A stretch of DNA of 64,000 bases, from the NCBI GenBank assembly GCA_963751345.1, contig CAVVUS010000038.1:32001-96000 (forward strand), given 5' to 3'. Of the stretch, positions 10,856 to 21,707 are shown in pieces. The notes beneath the pieces were generated by a model. That model saw only the letters and a program-made list of their open reading frames with translations, was not told where the DNA came from and searched no databases. The stretch comes from an uncultured Chloroflexia bacterium (lineage in GTDB: Bacteria; Chloroflexota; Anaerolineae; B4-G1; SLSP01). Numbering within the stretch: position 1 is the stretch's first letter; every line of letters starts with the position of its first letter. The translations under genes and the position numbers were made by a program.

Positions 10856-12646
10856 ATGTCAGATCGTCAACAGAATGTCGAAGGAAAGCGGATCCTCGTC
10901 TCGGTAGCGTGGCCTTATGCGAATGGTGACCTACACGTGGGTCACCTGGCAGGCGCCTATCTGCCGGCAGATATCTTCGCGCGCTATCACCGTCTGGCCG
11001 GGGACGATGTGCTGATGGTGTCCGGGTCTGACTCACACGGAACGCCAGTGTCACTTCGCGCCGAGCAAGAGGGCGTGACCTCCACCGAGGTTTTTGAGCG
11101 CTTTCACCGGCGATTCCTGGAGACGCAGCAGGCGATCGGCATCTCCTACGATTTGTTCACGCATACTGACACGGCTAACCATCACAGGGTCTCACAGGGC
11201 ATGTTTACGGCGCTGCTCGAGAACGGCTATCTATACACCGAGAGTCAGAAGCAGTTCTACTCTGAAACGCTGGGACGCTTCCTCCCCGATCGCTACGTTG
11301 AGGGGACGTGCCCGTACTGCGGCTACACGGAGGCGCGCGGCGACCAATGTGACAACTGCGGGAAGATCCTCGATGCCCTGGAGCTTGGCAACCCGCGTAC
11401 CAAGATCGATGGTTCCATCCCCGTGATCCGCGAGACCGAGCACTTCTTCCTGGACCTCCCGAAGCTTGGTCCGGCGGTCGAGGCATACCTGGACGAGGAT
11501 AAGGAGGACTGGCGACCTGCGGTCCTGAACTTCTCTCGCAACTACGTGAAGGGCGGCCTCAGGGGACGGGCGATCACGCGCGACATTGAGTGGGGCATTC
11601 CCGTCCCGGTGGAAGGATACGAGGAGAAACGGCTCTACGTCTGGTTCGAGGCCGTGATCGGTTACCTGTCGGCAAGCATTGAGGAGTCCGATCTCCGCGG
11701 CGATCCGGAGCTATGGAAGGCCTGGTGGTACGAACCCGAGGCGGAGACCTATTACTTCATCGGCAAGGATAACACGGTGTTCCACACGGTGATCTGGCCC
11801 GCCGAGCTGATTGGCGTCGGACGCATCTACGAGGACGATACGACGAAGCGCTTGAACCTGCCGACGGATGTGCCCGCCAACGAGTTCATGAACCTTGCAG
11901 GTTCGCAGTTCTCAAAGAGCCGGGGCCACATGATCACACTGCCTGATCTGCTCTCCAGGTACGATCCGGATGCCTTGCGCTTCTATGTGACGGTCGTCAT
12001 GCCCGAGACGAGCGACAGTGACTTCCTCTGGGATGACTTTGTCCAGCGGAATAACGGGGAGTTGGTCGGCGTTTGGGGCAATCTGGCGCACCGCGTGCTG
12101 TCGTTCACCTACCGGCACTTCGGCGCTGTGCCGGAACCGGGCCCACTTGGCGAGGTGGATGAGGAACTCCTGGCGAGCGCCAAGGCGGGGTTCGACAGCG
12201 TCGGTCGGGAGTTGGCGGCATGCAACTTCAGGGCTGCGATGTCGGAGGCTTTGTCGCTGGCCCGTGAAGCGAACCGCTATCTGGAGGTCAAGTCACCCTG
12301 GACACAGATCAAGACCGACCGTGTCGCGGCTGGCACCACGCTCTACGTCGCACTTCAGACGATCAACGCGATCAAGACCCTGATCTCGCCCTTTCTCCCG
12401 TTCTCGGCCCAGAAACTGCACGAGCAGTTGGGCTACGAGATGCCGCTGTTTGGCCAACAGGTCATCCAAACGGTGGGAGAAGGCGATGATCTGCACGATG
12501 CGCTCAGATACGATGATAGCCAGGCCGCCGGTCGTTGGCTGTACGAGGAGCTGCCCGCCGGACGGCAGCTTGGCAAGCCCGAACCTCTGTTCCGCAAGCT
12601 CGATGACAGCGTCGTCGAGGACGAGATCGCGCGGATGGGAAGCTAG
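10856..12646 (+). CDS. metG: Methionine--tRNA ligase
   Basis: HIGH-type WPYANGDLHVGH, Zn knuckle CPYC...GDQCDNCG, YVWFEA, FIGKDN and KMSKS-like QFSKS. ATG follows RBS AAGGAGG. Confidence 0.96.
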   Translation: MSDRQQNVEGKRILVSVAWPYANGDLHVGHLAGAYLPADIFARYHRLAGDDVLMVSGSDSHGTPVSLRAEQEGVTSTEVFERFHRRFLETQQAIGISYDLFTHTDTANHHRVSQGMFTALLENGYLYTESQKQFYSETLGRFLPDRYVEGTCPYCGYTEARGDQCDNCGKILDALELGNPRTKIDGSIPVIRETEHFFLDLPKLGPAVEAYLDEDKEDWRPAVLNFSRNYVKGGLRGRAITRDIEWGIPVPVEGYEEKRLYVWFEAVIGYLSASIEESDLRGDPELWKAWWYEPEAETYYFIGKDNTVFHTVIWPAELIGVGRIYEDDTTKRLNLPTDVPANEFMNLAGSQFSKSRGHMITLPDLLSRYDPDALRFYVTVVMPETSDSDFLWDDFVQRNNGELVGVWGNLAHRVLSFTYRHFGAVPEPGPLGEVDEELLASAKAGFDSVGRELAACNFRAAMSEALSLAREANRYLEVKSPWTQIKTDRVAAGTTLYVALQTINAIKTLISPFLPFSAQKLHEQLGYEMPLFGQQVIQTVGEGDDLHDALRYDDSQAAGRWLYEELPAGRQLGKPEPLFRKLDDSVVEDEIARMGS

Positions 12647-12650
12647 AGGA

Positions 12651-12748
12651 GTGGGGGGCCGGGGCGAGCAGAGGGGCCCCTCTGCTGCCCCGGCCCTCTG
12701 CTCTTTCGCTCTTCCGTTCCGCCGCTCCCCTGCTGTTCTGCTTTTTCC
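12651..12748. repeat. Degenerate 8-bp tandem repeat with a purine-rich inverted arm (hairpin)
   Basis: Octamers from 12677: CCCCTCTG CTGCCCCG GCCCTCTG CTCTTTCG CTCTTCCG TTCCGCCG CTCCCCTG CTGTTCTG. Upstream GGGCCGGGGCGAGCAGAGGGG pairs with the first units. Confidence 0.6.
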
Positions 12749-12759
12749 TGTACTCCCTG

Positions 12760-15576
12760 GTTGTTCTGACCCTGGAGTCGCAGTCGATCTGGTGGGATGA
12801 GGGTATCAGCCTCCATCTGGCCGGATTATCCTGGGCCGCGATCGTGGCAGATCGCGCTGCCAACATCCATCCGCCCCTCTATTTCTTCATTCTCAAGGTC
12901 TGGACCTCGCTGGTTGGGTCGTCGCCGTTTACAGGACGCTACCTATCAGCCCTTTCGGTCACGCTGCTCCCTGCTGCCGTCTATCGCTTTGTCGGACGCC
13001 GGGTCGGGGAGCGTGCCGGGCTGATCACCTCATTGCTTGTCGCGTTGGCTCCCCCGATTGTCATCTACGGGCAGGAGACGCGTGCCTATGCGATGCTGCC
13101 TTTGGGTGTTCTGGCATTGTGGTCGCTGGCCTGGACGCCGGGGAAGGTCTCGGCACAGGTGGGGCTTCGCCGCTTGCGCCTCTTCCCTCCATGGCTTAGG
13201 CGAGGGCTGCTGTTGGGCGCCGTGCAGGCCTCGCTGCTGCTGACGCACTACGCCGGCGCCATTGCGATTGGCGGCGCGGCGGTTCTATTCATCGTGACCT
13301 CGCGGCGGCTGAGTCCCCGCGGCGCGCGCCGATGGGTCCTATACGAGTGGCTGATCGGCGCCGTTGTGACGTTGGCTATCGCCTCTCCGTGGGCGGTGGC
13401 CATCGCGTGGGCCGGCGTGGGGGGGCTGACCGCGCAGGCGGGCCTCGGCAACGCCTTTGCAGTGCCGGTACCGGCCCGGTACGTCGCGGCCTTGGTCGGG
13501 ATATTCCACACCACGGGGCTTCCCCAGGCGCTCGGCGACCCTGCTCTGGTGAGACCCTCCTTGCTGACCGGGTTTCTGCTGGTGGCGGCGCTCGTCTCGG
13601 CGCTCCTGTCGAGGGCCGAAAGGTCGCTTGGACTTGGCCTGACCCTCGTGCTGTGGCTGGTTCCCTTGCTGAGTGCGCCGGTTCTGTGGTGGCTAAGCCC
13701 CCAATCGCACCCCCGCTATCTCTTTCCGTTCGTGGTGGGCGGTTGGCTGGTCACGGGAATGGCGGTCGGTGACCGGTCTGCGCTCCGCCCGATTCGCGCG
13801 GCCCTGCTTGCCGCTGTCCTGGCTACAAGCCTGCTGGGGCTGCGCGCTTACCTTGTCGATCCTGCCTACGCCCGCAGTGACGTGCGTAGCGTGGCCGCGT
13901 ACCTGAGCACCTCTGCCAGGCCGGGCGACATGGTGGTCGTGCCGCCTACCGACTGGTCACTGGCGCAGTATGATCTGGGTGCTGCCCGACTGGCGATGCC
14001 GCCTCAGGTCTCGCGTGGGGACATGTCCTGGCTGGCCGAGAGAGCCGGACGCACGAGTGAGGTGTATTTGCTGGACTATGATCGCGGGGCGCTGGATCCG
14101 TCAGGGAGGCTCCGAGCCGAGCTGGCCTGGTCGGGTGTGCTCGTGTCGCGGATCCGATTCCAGGGCGTTTTCCTCGAAGCCTACGAGATGCGCGATGGCT
14201 TGACGGTACACGACTGCCAGCCGGTGCCGCCGGTGTGTGCAGAGGGAAGCGGTCCCTGTTTGGTGGGCGTTGCCTACCAGGCTCGCCCCGTTAGCGGTGC
14301 CGCACTGCCCATACGTCTCTGTTGGGATGGCCCGGGCGATGGGACACGGTATGCGGCATCGGTCCGTCTCTATGCTGCTACCGGCGTCGATGCGCCGGGA
14401 GGTGCCCTGGTCTCGTCTGACGAGCGCGTCTTGGTAGATGGGGCCGGTACCCCCACGGATACGTGGGCTGATGGTGGCCTCCACTCGTCGTACCACCTGC
14501 TGCCCGTGCCTGTCGGCGCATTGCCCGAAGCGTACCGGCTGGAAGTCGGCCTCTTCGATCCTTCCGACCCGGAGAGGGCGTGCTATTGAAGGGCGGGGGT
14601 CAGGCCGTGGCATCTGTCGACCTCGGTACCCTCCGTCCCCTCGTGAGGCCCTGGCGGGATGTGTCCCTCTATCCCGTCGCTGCAGCGCCGACCTCGCCCT
14701 CGCTCCCAGTGACCCCTTCTCTCTATCTGGATGGCGCGCGTGTCGATCGGGGGCAGGCTGCGCCCGGTGAGAGGATCTACATTACCCTCTGGTGGCGTAT
14801 CGTTGGTATCCCGCCCGCGGATGTCCAGCCTCTGGTCAAGTTGCAGCGGGGCGGCGAGACCGTGACGGTCAGCGCGCTTTCGACGATCTCCGCGGACTGG
14901 CCATCCGGACGGCCCCTGATGCAGGTTGCCGCGATGACGGTGCCACCGGATGCCGCGTCAGGCCGCGCTGAGGTCGTGGCTGCGGTCGATGGGCAGTCTG
15001 TAACGCTTGGTGAGGTCGTCATTCAGCCGGCGTCGCACCGGTTTGCGGCCCCCGAGGTGGCCCACATGGTGGGGGCAGGGGCGGGCGACGTCGCGACGTT
15101 GGTGGGGTATGACCTGGCGCCTCAGACGGCGGACGCGCCTGGGACGGCGGACGCGCCTGGGACGGCGGACGCGCCTGGAGACGGGGCACCGCCCCGTCTC
15201 TACGACAGGAGAGGCGCCTGAGACGGCGGGGGTCCAGGTTGGTGCCGGCGAGCCGCTCACAGTGACCCTCGTATGGCGCGCCGGAGAGGCTGCGTCGAAT
15301 CGGGACCTGAAGGTCTTCGTGCACCTGGTCTCTGACGATGGGCGGATCGTGGCGCAACACGATGCAGTGCCCGTGCAGTGGTCACGCCCGACGGGGGGAT
15401 GGGTCGTCGATGAGATCCTGGTCGACGTTCACCCCCTGGAATGGCAGGACCCCGACTTCTCCGGCGAGGCATATCTGCAGGTGGGTCTGTACGATGGTGT
15501 GACAGGTGTCCGAGTGACATGGGATGATGGTACAGACGCCCTGGTGCTGCCGACGAGAGTCCTGGTTGGCTACTGA
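12760..15576 (+). CDS. GT39/PMT-like (GT-C fold) membrane glycosyltransferase with C-terminal extracellular Ig-like domains, several frameshifts; start uncertain
   Basis: In-frame upstream of 12844 the sequence reads SQSIWWDEG...ADRAANIHPPLYF, then YGQETRAYAM, many TM helices and PRYL. C-terminal pieces (14580..15221, 15007..15576) contain ITLWW and KVFVHLV...AQHD...LQVGLYD. Confidence 0.75.
15125..15178 (+). repeat. 18-bp perfect tandem repeat x3 (encodes TADAPG)
   Basis: GACGGCGGACGCGCCTGG at 15125, 15143 and 15161. Confidence 0.95.
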
Positions 15577-15721
15577 CGCAACACCAAGCGCACGCCGTGG
15601 CACAGGCATCCCGAGTGGGGCTCCTTCCGCGTGGGCGCGGCTTGGTAGTTGACGCGGACCTGGTATCATATGTGGATACCGAGGGCACGCACCACGCCCG
15701 GGAATGCTACAAGGAGTGAGT

Positions 15722-18700
15722 ATGTCGCGCGAACTCGTGGGGCGCTGGGAGCGCATCCTCTATGTGCTGATTCTGGCTCTGGCTCTCTTCAGCCGCTTCT
15801 ATATGCTGGGCGATCGGGCGATCAGCCACGATGAGAGCATCCACACGAAGTTCTCCTGGAACCTCTATGCGGGAGACGGGTTTCAGCACAATCCGATGAT
15901 GCACGGGCCCCTGCTTTTCGAGGCGACCGCATTCATCTACTGGTTGCTGGGCCCCAGCGACTTCACCTCGCGGATTTTTGAGGCAGCGGCGGGCGTGGTG
16001 CTCGTGATGACACCTTTCCTCTTCCGGCGGTGGCTGGGACGCTCCGGGTCTCTCGTCGCCTCCGGGCTTCTGCTTCTGTCGCCGTCGATCTCCTATTACT
16101 CGCGCTACATCCGGCATGACGTACTCCTGATGCTCTCCGCGGTCCTGCTCCTGTGGGTGATGCTGCGGTTCCTCGAGTCCGGAAAGAAGGTGTGGCTCGC
16201 CTGGCTGGCAGCTTCCTTCTCGCTGATGTTCGCGACAAAGGAGGCCGCCTACATCTACACGGCGATCTTCGGCGCGCTGCTCTTCCTGCCGTTTGCCTGG
16301 CAGGTGATGACGGTGAAATGGGAGCACGGGCGGCTCTTCGTGGTTTTCGTCGTCCTGGTATGCCTTGGCCTGCTGATGGGCGTGGCTTTCGCGGCCTCGT
16401 TCCGTGACGGGCAGGTGAGCCAGGTGCCGCTGGATGACGCGGGTAACAGCAGCGTGGCAAGCACGGCCATTCCGCTTTGGGGTCGCGTCGCTGCCATAGC
16501 GGCGCTGGTCTCCCTGGGAATCGCGCTCCTCGTGATGCGGATTGGCATCGGCCGGCGCGAGCTTCAGCAGATTCGCCTCTTCGACCTCCTGATGGTGCTG
16601 GGCACGCTGACATTGCCACTTGGCTCGGCGTTCCTGATCAAGTTCACCACCGGCATCGATATGACGTTGGTCTACAATGCCGTGCGCACGGGGGACTTCT
16701 CGAGCATACCGGTTCCGAGCATCGTGACAATGTCCGTCGTGATTGCCGCCACATTGGTCGTGTCGATCGTCTTCGGGCTCCTCTGGGATCACAGGCATTG
16801 GCCCGTCGTTGCACTCATCCACTACTCGATCTTCATCGTTCTCTACACCACAGTCTTCACGTGGGCGTTTGGGGCGCTCTCGGGTCTGGTCGGAGGATTG
16901 GCTTACTGGCTCGCGCAGCAGGGCGTCAAGCGGGGCGATCAGCCGATCTACTATTATTTCCTGGTGGGACCCCTGTATGAGTACCTGGCGATCTCGCTGT
17001 CGCTCGGAGGGGGTGTGGCTGCGTTGGTCCAGGCTGTTCGAGGCCTACCCGGTCGACTACGGCCTCCCGCTCGGGATGAAGACGCCGTTCCGATCCGACG
17101 CCGGCCTGGATCTACCGTATCTCTTTCCGCTCTTCCTCTTGGGTTGGACCACGATGTCGTGGATTGCCTACACGATCGCCGGTGAGAAGATGCCCTGGCT
17201 TGTGGTCCACATCGCTCTCCCGAGCATCCTCCTTGCAGGCTGGGGCGCCGGTCGACTGCTGGATGGCGTGCCGTGGGCCGAAGCTGAGGATCGGGCCTGC
17301 AGCGCTCTTTGCCGTCACCCTTCCCCTCACGCTGGCTGCGCTGGTAGTCTTTGCCCGAAGTGTCTTGGGACTCCGTGCGGGCCTGCAGCAGGGCGTATCC
17401 CCGGCAGGGCTGGACCTGGCTCAGTTGGACTCGTATGGTTCTGCCCTTGGCGGCCTCGTCGGGTTGGTCGTCTTTGGGCTCCTGCTCTATCGCTCACTCG
17501 CCCGCCTCGGCGGTCGGATAGGCCTGCGTCTGGCGACGCTCCTGGCCGTGCTGGCGATGGCCGGCCTGACGGCGCGCACGATGGTGATGCTGAACTACAT
17601 CAACGACGATCTGGCAACGGAGCTTCTGGTCTACGCGCACGGGACGCCGGACATCAAGGTGGCACTGCAGCAGGTGCACGATGTGTCGTGGACCCAGACC
17701 GGGACGGCCGACGACGTCCGTGTTGCCTACGGCGAGGATGGATCCTGGCCTTTCACCTGGTATATGACAGAGTTTCCCAACAACTACTTCTACAGTATGT
17801 CCCCGGACCCGGCCCAGTTACTGGATTGTCCGGTCATCATCGCTGGCAGCCCGCAGTACGATGCCGTCGAGAGCATCATCGGCGACGACTACGTCGCCTT
17901 CGACTATCGCTATCTATGGTGGCCGATCCAGGATTACTTCGGGCTCACGTGGGGACGAGTTCGCGCTGCGCTCGCCGACCCCCAGATGCGACTGGCGCTG
18001 TGGGACATCGTGTGGCGCAGGGATTACACCCGGTACGCCGAGCTGAAGAATCCGGCGGCTCCGTTCGATCTCTTCAACTGGCCGTATCGCAAGGATTTCC
18101 GCCTCTACGTTCGACGGGATGTGGCCGAGGCAACGTGGCCAACCAGCCGGCCGGCGGGGGTTGCCCGCTACGTACAGCCTGTCGAGACGCCGCCTCCGGA
18201 TCCCTTTGCTGCCGGGGGGCGGAACCTCTCGCTGGTCAGCCAGGTGCTTCTGCCCGGTTCGGTGGTGCGCGGTATCGCCCAGGCAGCCGACGGCACCTTC
18301 TATGTGGCCGATACGCTCAACCACCGCATCTGGCATATCGGGCCCGATGGTCCGATCGATTCGTTCGGCGGGTACGGCACGGATGTGGGGCAGTTCAACG
18401 AGCCATGGGACGTGGCGGTCGGGCCGGACGGCAGCATCTACGTGGCGGACACGTGGAACCATCGCATCCAGAAGTTCGACGCTGGTTACGTCCCGGTTGC
18501 CAGTTGGGGCGGCATCGTCCAGGTGACGCAGATCGGTGAGCCGGGTGCGCAAGGTCTCTTCTACGGACCCCGCGGGATCGCCGTGAGCCCTGAAGGCGAC
18601 GTCTTCGTAGCGGACACGGGCAACAAGCGCGTTCAGGTTTTTGACGCCGACGGCAACTTCCTCCGCGAGTTTGGTGGTTGGGGGACGGGGCCGGGACAAC

Positions 18701-19098
18701 TGGATGAGCCGGTAGGCATCGCGATAAGCCCGGATGGCACGGTCGCGGTGGCGGACACGTGGAATCTCCGCGTGCAGCTCTTCGACGAACAAGGCGTGCC
18801 GCTGACGCAGTGGGACATTCCGACGTGGAACACCGAAAACCCGGATGAGAAGCCTTATCTCACCTGGGGCCCACTTGCGCAGGAAACGGCGGATGCCGGG
18901 CCATCCCTCGGGCTCTTCGTTACAGATTCACTGGGCCGTCGAGTGTTGGCATTCGACGCCAACGGCGCATACCAATGGGGACTGAGCGCGGCCGCCGGCG
19001 CCAAGGTGGCGTTCCCCCAAGGGCTGTTCGTGGCGGATGGCATTCTCTACGTGGCCGATGCTCAGAACGGCGAAGTGGCGGGGTTCGCCCTGCCCTAG
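15722..19098 (+). CDS. TIGR03663/Agl23-like GT-C membrane protein fused to an NHL-repeat beta-propeller, frameshifted near 17050-17280
   Basis: HDESIH, MMHGPLLF, YYSRYIRHD, ATKE, YWLAQQ, AGEKMPWL and LVYAH. C-terminal NHL repeats YVADTLNHRI, QFNEPWDVAV, YVADTWNHRIQKF and FVADTGNKRVQVF. Confidence 0.8.
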
Positions 19099-19103
19099 AA
19101 GAC

Positions 19104-19162
19104 GAAGATCCTTGGGGTTTGCGGCCCGAGCAGATCGGGCTTGACACCCCAAAGGTCTCTTC
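19104..19162. terminator. Interrupted hairpin between convergent genes
   Basis: TTGGGGT...GCCCGA-GCAGA-TCGGGC...ACCCCAA, with outer GAAGA...TCTTC. Confidence 0.45.
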
Positions 19163-20729
19163 AGGCGCCGCCGGGCACGCTGGGGTATCCCGTGATCTTG
19201 CGGATCTCCTCGTAGAGCGGCTGCAGCCGATCGTACATCCGCTTGTAGACACGCTGGTAGAGGCCGTCGTAGATCCTGCGCGTCTGCGGATCGGGCTCGA
19301 AGACCCGGCCGATGCGGGTCATCTCACTCACGGCGGTTTCGAAGTCCGGATGGAGACCCAGGCCCACAGCCGCATCGATGGCCGCGCCTAGACCCGAGGT
19401 CTCGTAAGTGTGCGGGCGGGCCGTGTGCATCCCGAAGATGTCTGCCGTCAACTGCAGTGCGGCATTGCTCTGTGAGCCGCCACCGGATACCCGCAGTTCG
19501 GTGACTTCGATGTGGCTGCGCCGTTCCGTGCGCTCCTTGCCTTCGCGTAGTGCGTACGCCAACCCCTCCAGGATGGCCCTGTAGAAGTGGGCGCGCGTGT
19601 GAACACCCCCGAAGCCGATGATGGCGCCCTTGGCCTCCGGTCCCGGCACCCGGATGCCGGGCGACCAATAGGGCTGGAGGATCAGCCCCATCGAGCCCGG
19701 CGGGGCCTCGTTGACGAGGTCCTCGAAGAGGCTCTCCGGCTCGACGCCTTGCTCGTCGGCCAGCCACTGTTCGAGGTGGCCGAACTCTTCCTTGAACCAA
19801 CTTACCATCCAGAAGCCGCGGTTGATCCCGATCTCGAGGCTGTAGTGGTTGGGAATCGCCGACGGATAGGGCGGGATGAGCGGGATCACCTCGGCGTACT
19901 TGGTGTGGGTCGTGTTGATCGTCGCCGTCGTCCCGTAGCTCAGGCACCCGATGTGCGGCTGAACGCCGCCGGCGCCGATGACCTCGCAAGCCTTATCGGC
20001 CGCAGCTGCGATCAACGGGAGACCCTGGGGTATGCCCGTGGCGGCCGCCGCCTCACGCGTGATCGTGCCCAGACGCCCGGCCGGCGGCACCAGCCGGGGA
20101 AGTAGCCTCGGGCTCATCGGCACCGCGCGCCACTTCCAGTCCCAGGATTTGCTCCATGCCAGCGCTTTGTAGTCAAACGGAAGGTAGCCAACCTGGCATC
20201 CGATGGAGTCCACGAAGTCGCCGGTCAGTCTGTGTGTGAGAAAGCCGGAGAGCAGCAGGTACTTGTGGGTGCGGCGCCAGATGTCCGGCTGATGGGTGCG
20301 GATCCAGTTGGCCTCAGCCTCGGCCTGTAGGTAAGCGACCGTCTCGGACATCCCTGTGAGGCTGAAGAGCCGTCCCCACAGCCCTCCCACCGGTTTGAGC
20401 GATTCGACCCTCCGCTGATCCAGCCATACGATGGCCGGTCGGAGTGGCGTGCCTTGGGCATCGACGTTCACCACGGTGCCCCGCTGCGTCGTCAGGGCAA
20501 CACCCGCGATGGCGTCGCGTGGCACGGTCGTGGTCTGCCATAGCCTCTGGCACGCTTCACAGAGCGTCTCCCAATAGTACAGCGGGTCTTGCTCGGCCCA
20601 TCCGGGCTTAGGCGAAACGTAGGGCTCAATGAGGATTCGCGCCTTGCTCACGAGGTTCCCCGCCAAGTCAAACAGGAGCGCCCGCACGCTTTGGGTGCCG
20701 TTATCGATAGCCAGGATGTGATCTTTCAT
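19161..20729 (-). CDS. FGGY-family carbohydrate kinase
   Basis: [43 protein letters not shown] and SGGGSQS. Confidence 0.9.
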   Translation of the reverse strand: MKDHILAIDNGTQSVRALLFDLAGNLVSKARILIEPYVSPKPGWAEQDPLYYWETLCEACQRLWQTTTVPRDAIAGVALTTQRGTVVNVDAQGTPLRPAIVWLDQRRVESLKPVGGLWGRLFSLTGMSETVAYLQAEAEANWIRTHQPDIWRRTHKYLLLSGFLTHRLTGDFVDSIGCQVGYLPFDYKALAWSKSWDWKWRAVPMSPRLLPRLVPPAGRLGTITREAAAATGIPQGLPLIAAAADKACEVIGAGGVQPHIGCLSYGTTATINTTHTKYAEVIPLIPPYPSAIPNHYSLEIGINRGFWMVSWFKEEFGHLEQWLADEQGVEPESLFEDLVNEAPPGSMGLILQPYWSPGIRVPGPEAKGAIIGFGGVHTRAHFYRAILEGLAYALREGKERTERRSHIEVTELRVSGGGSQSNAALQLTADIFGMHTARPHTYETSGLGAAIDAAVGLGLHPDFETAVSEMTRIGRVFEPDPQTRRIYDGLYQRVYKRMYDRLQPLYEEIRKITGYPSVPGGA

Positions 20730-20861
20730 AGTCCCCCGCTTCGCGCATGACCGATCGGCGTAGTATAGGCAGGGCAGAGAGCCGGTCAACTGCCAGCTGT
20801 GGCTTTCGGCGATCCCCATATCGTAGTACTATGGTGCCCAATGTGGGAAAAGGAGACGACA

Positions 20862-21557
20862 ATGGATTACACCTACGAACAGATCGCCAAGATGATTGAC
20901 CACTCGCTGCTCAACCCAACCCTGACCGCAGACGACCTCGAGGCGGGCATTCAGGTTGCGCTTGACTACGACGTAGGAAGCGTCTGCATCATGCCCTACT
21001 ATCTCGGACGGTGCGCGGAGCTGCTCGCGGGCAGCAGCGTCAAGGCCAGCACCACCATCGGGTTCCCTCATGGTGGTCACACGACGTCGACCAAGGTCGC
21101 CGAAGCCCGGCAGGCACTCGCCGACGGGGGGCAGGAGCTTGACACCGTCGTCAACATCAGCAAGGTGCTCAGTGGCGATTGGGACTATGTTCGGGCCGAT
21201 CTTGGCGCCGTAATCGAGCTGGTGCATGGCGCGGGCCAGAAGGTCAAGGTCATTTTCGAGAACTGCTACCTAGAGGACGCTCACAAGATCAAACTGTGCG
21301 AGATCTGCGCGGATCTGAGAGCTGATTGGGTGAAGACCTCCACCGGATACGGCAGCGGTGGCGCGACGGATGCCGACCTCAGGCTGATGCGGGCGCACTC
21401 GCCCGACTACGTCCAGGTCAAGGCAGCGGGCGGCGTGCGGACGCTGGATCGCTTGCTCGAAGTCCGCGCCATCGGTGTGACCAGGGTGGGGGCCTCGCGG
21501 ACGGTTACTATGCTCAACGAGACCCGCGAGCGGCTGGGCTTGCCACCGGTAGGCTAA
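20862..21557 (+). CDS. deoC: Deoxyribose-phosphate aldolase
   Basis: IDHSLL, IGFPHG, ELDTVVN, KVIFENCYL, WVKTSTGY, VKAAGGVR and RVGAS. Confidence 0.93.
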   Translation: MDYTYEQIAKMIDHSLLNPTLTADDLEAGIQVALDYDVGSVCIMPYYLGRCAELLAGSSVKASTTIGFPHGGHTTSTKVAEARQALADGGQELDTVVNISKVLSGDWDYVRADLGAVIELVHGAGQKVKVIFENCYLEDAHKIKLCEICADLRADWVKTSTGYGSGGATDADLRLMRAHSPDYVQVKAAGGVRTLDRLLEVRAIGVTRVGASRTVTMLNETRERLGLPPVG

Positions 21558-21608
21558 CGGCGCACCGTCTGCGTGGGCCGCTGGATCGCACGGGATCGGG
21601 CCTCGAAC

Positions 21609-21670
21609 CTTCCGGGTTGCTTCTGAGGTTGCCTTCGGATGAGGCAACCTGCGTCGAGCAACCCGGATGG
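21609..21670. terminator. Long interrupted hairpin between convergent deoC and the LiaF-like gene
   Basis: TCCGGGTTGCT...AGGTTGCCT-TCGGATG-AGGCAACCT...AGCAACCCGGA. Confidence 0.55.
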
Positions 21671-21707
21671 TGGTTCTACCTGGAGCACGTGAGTCGCCGG
21701 GGTCGCA

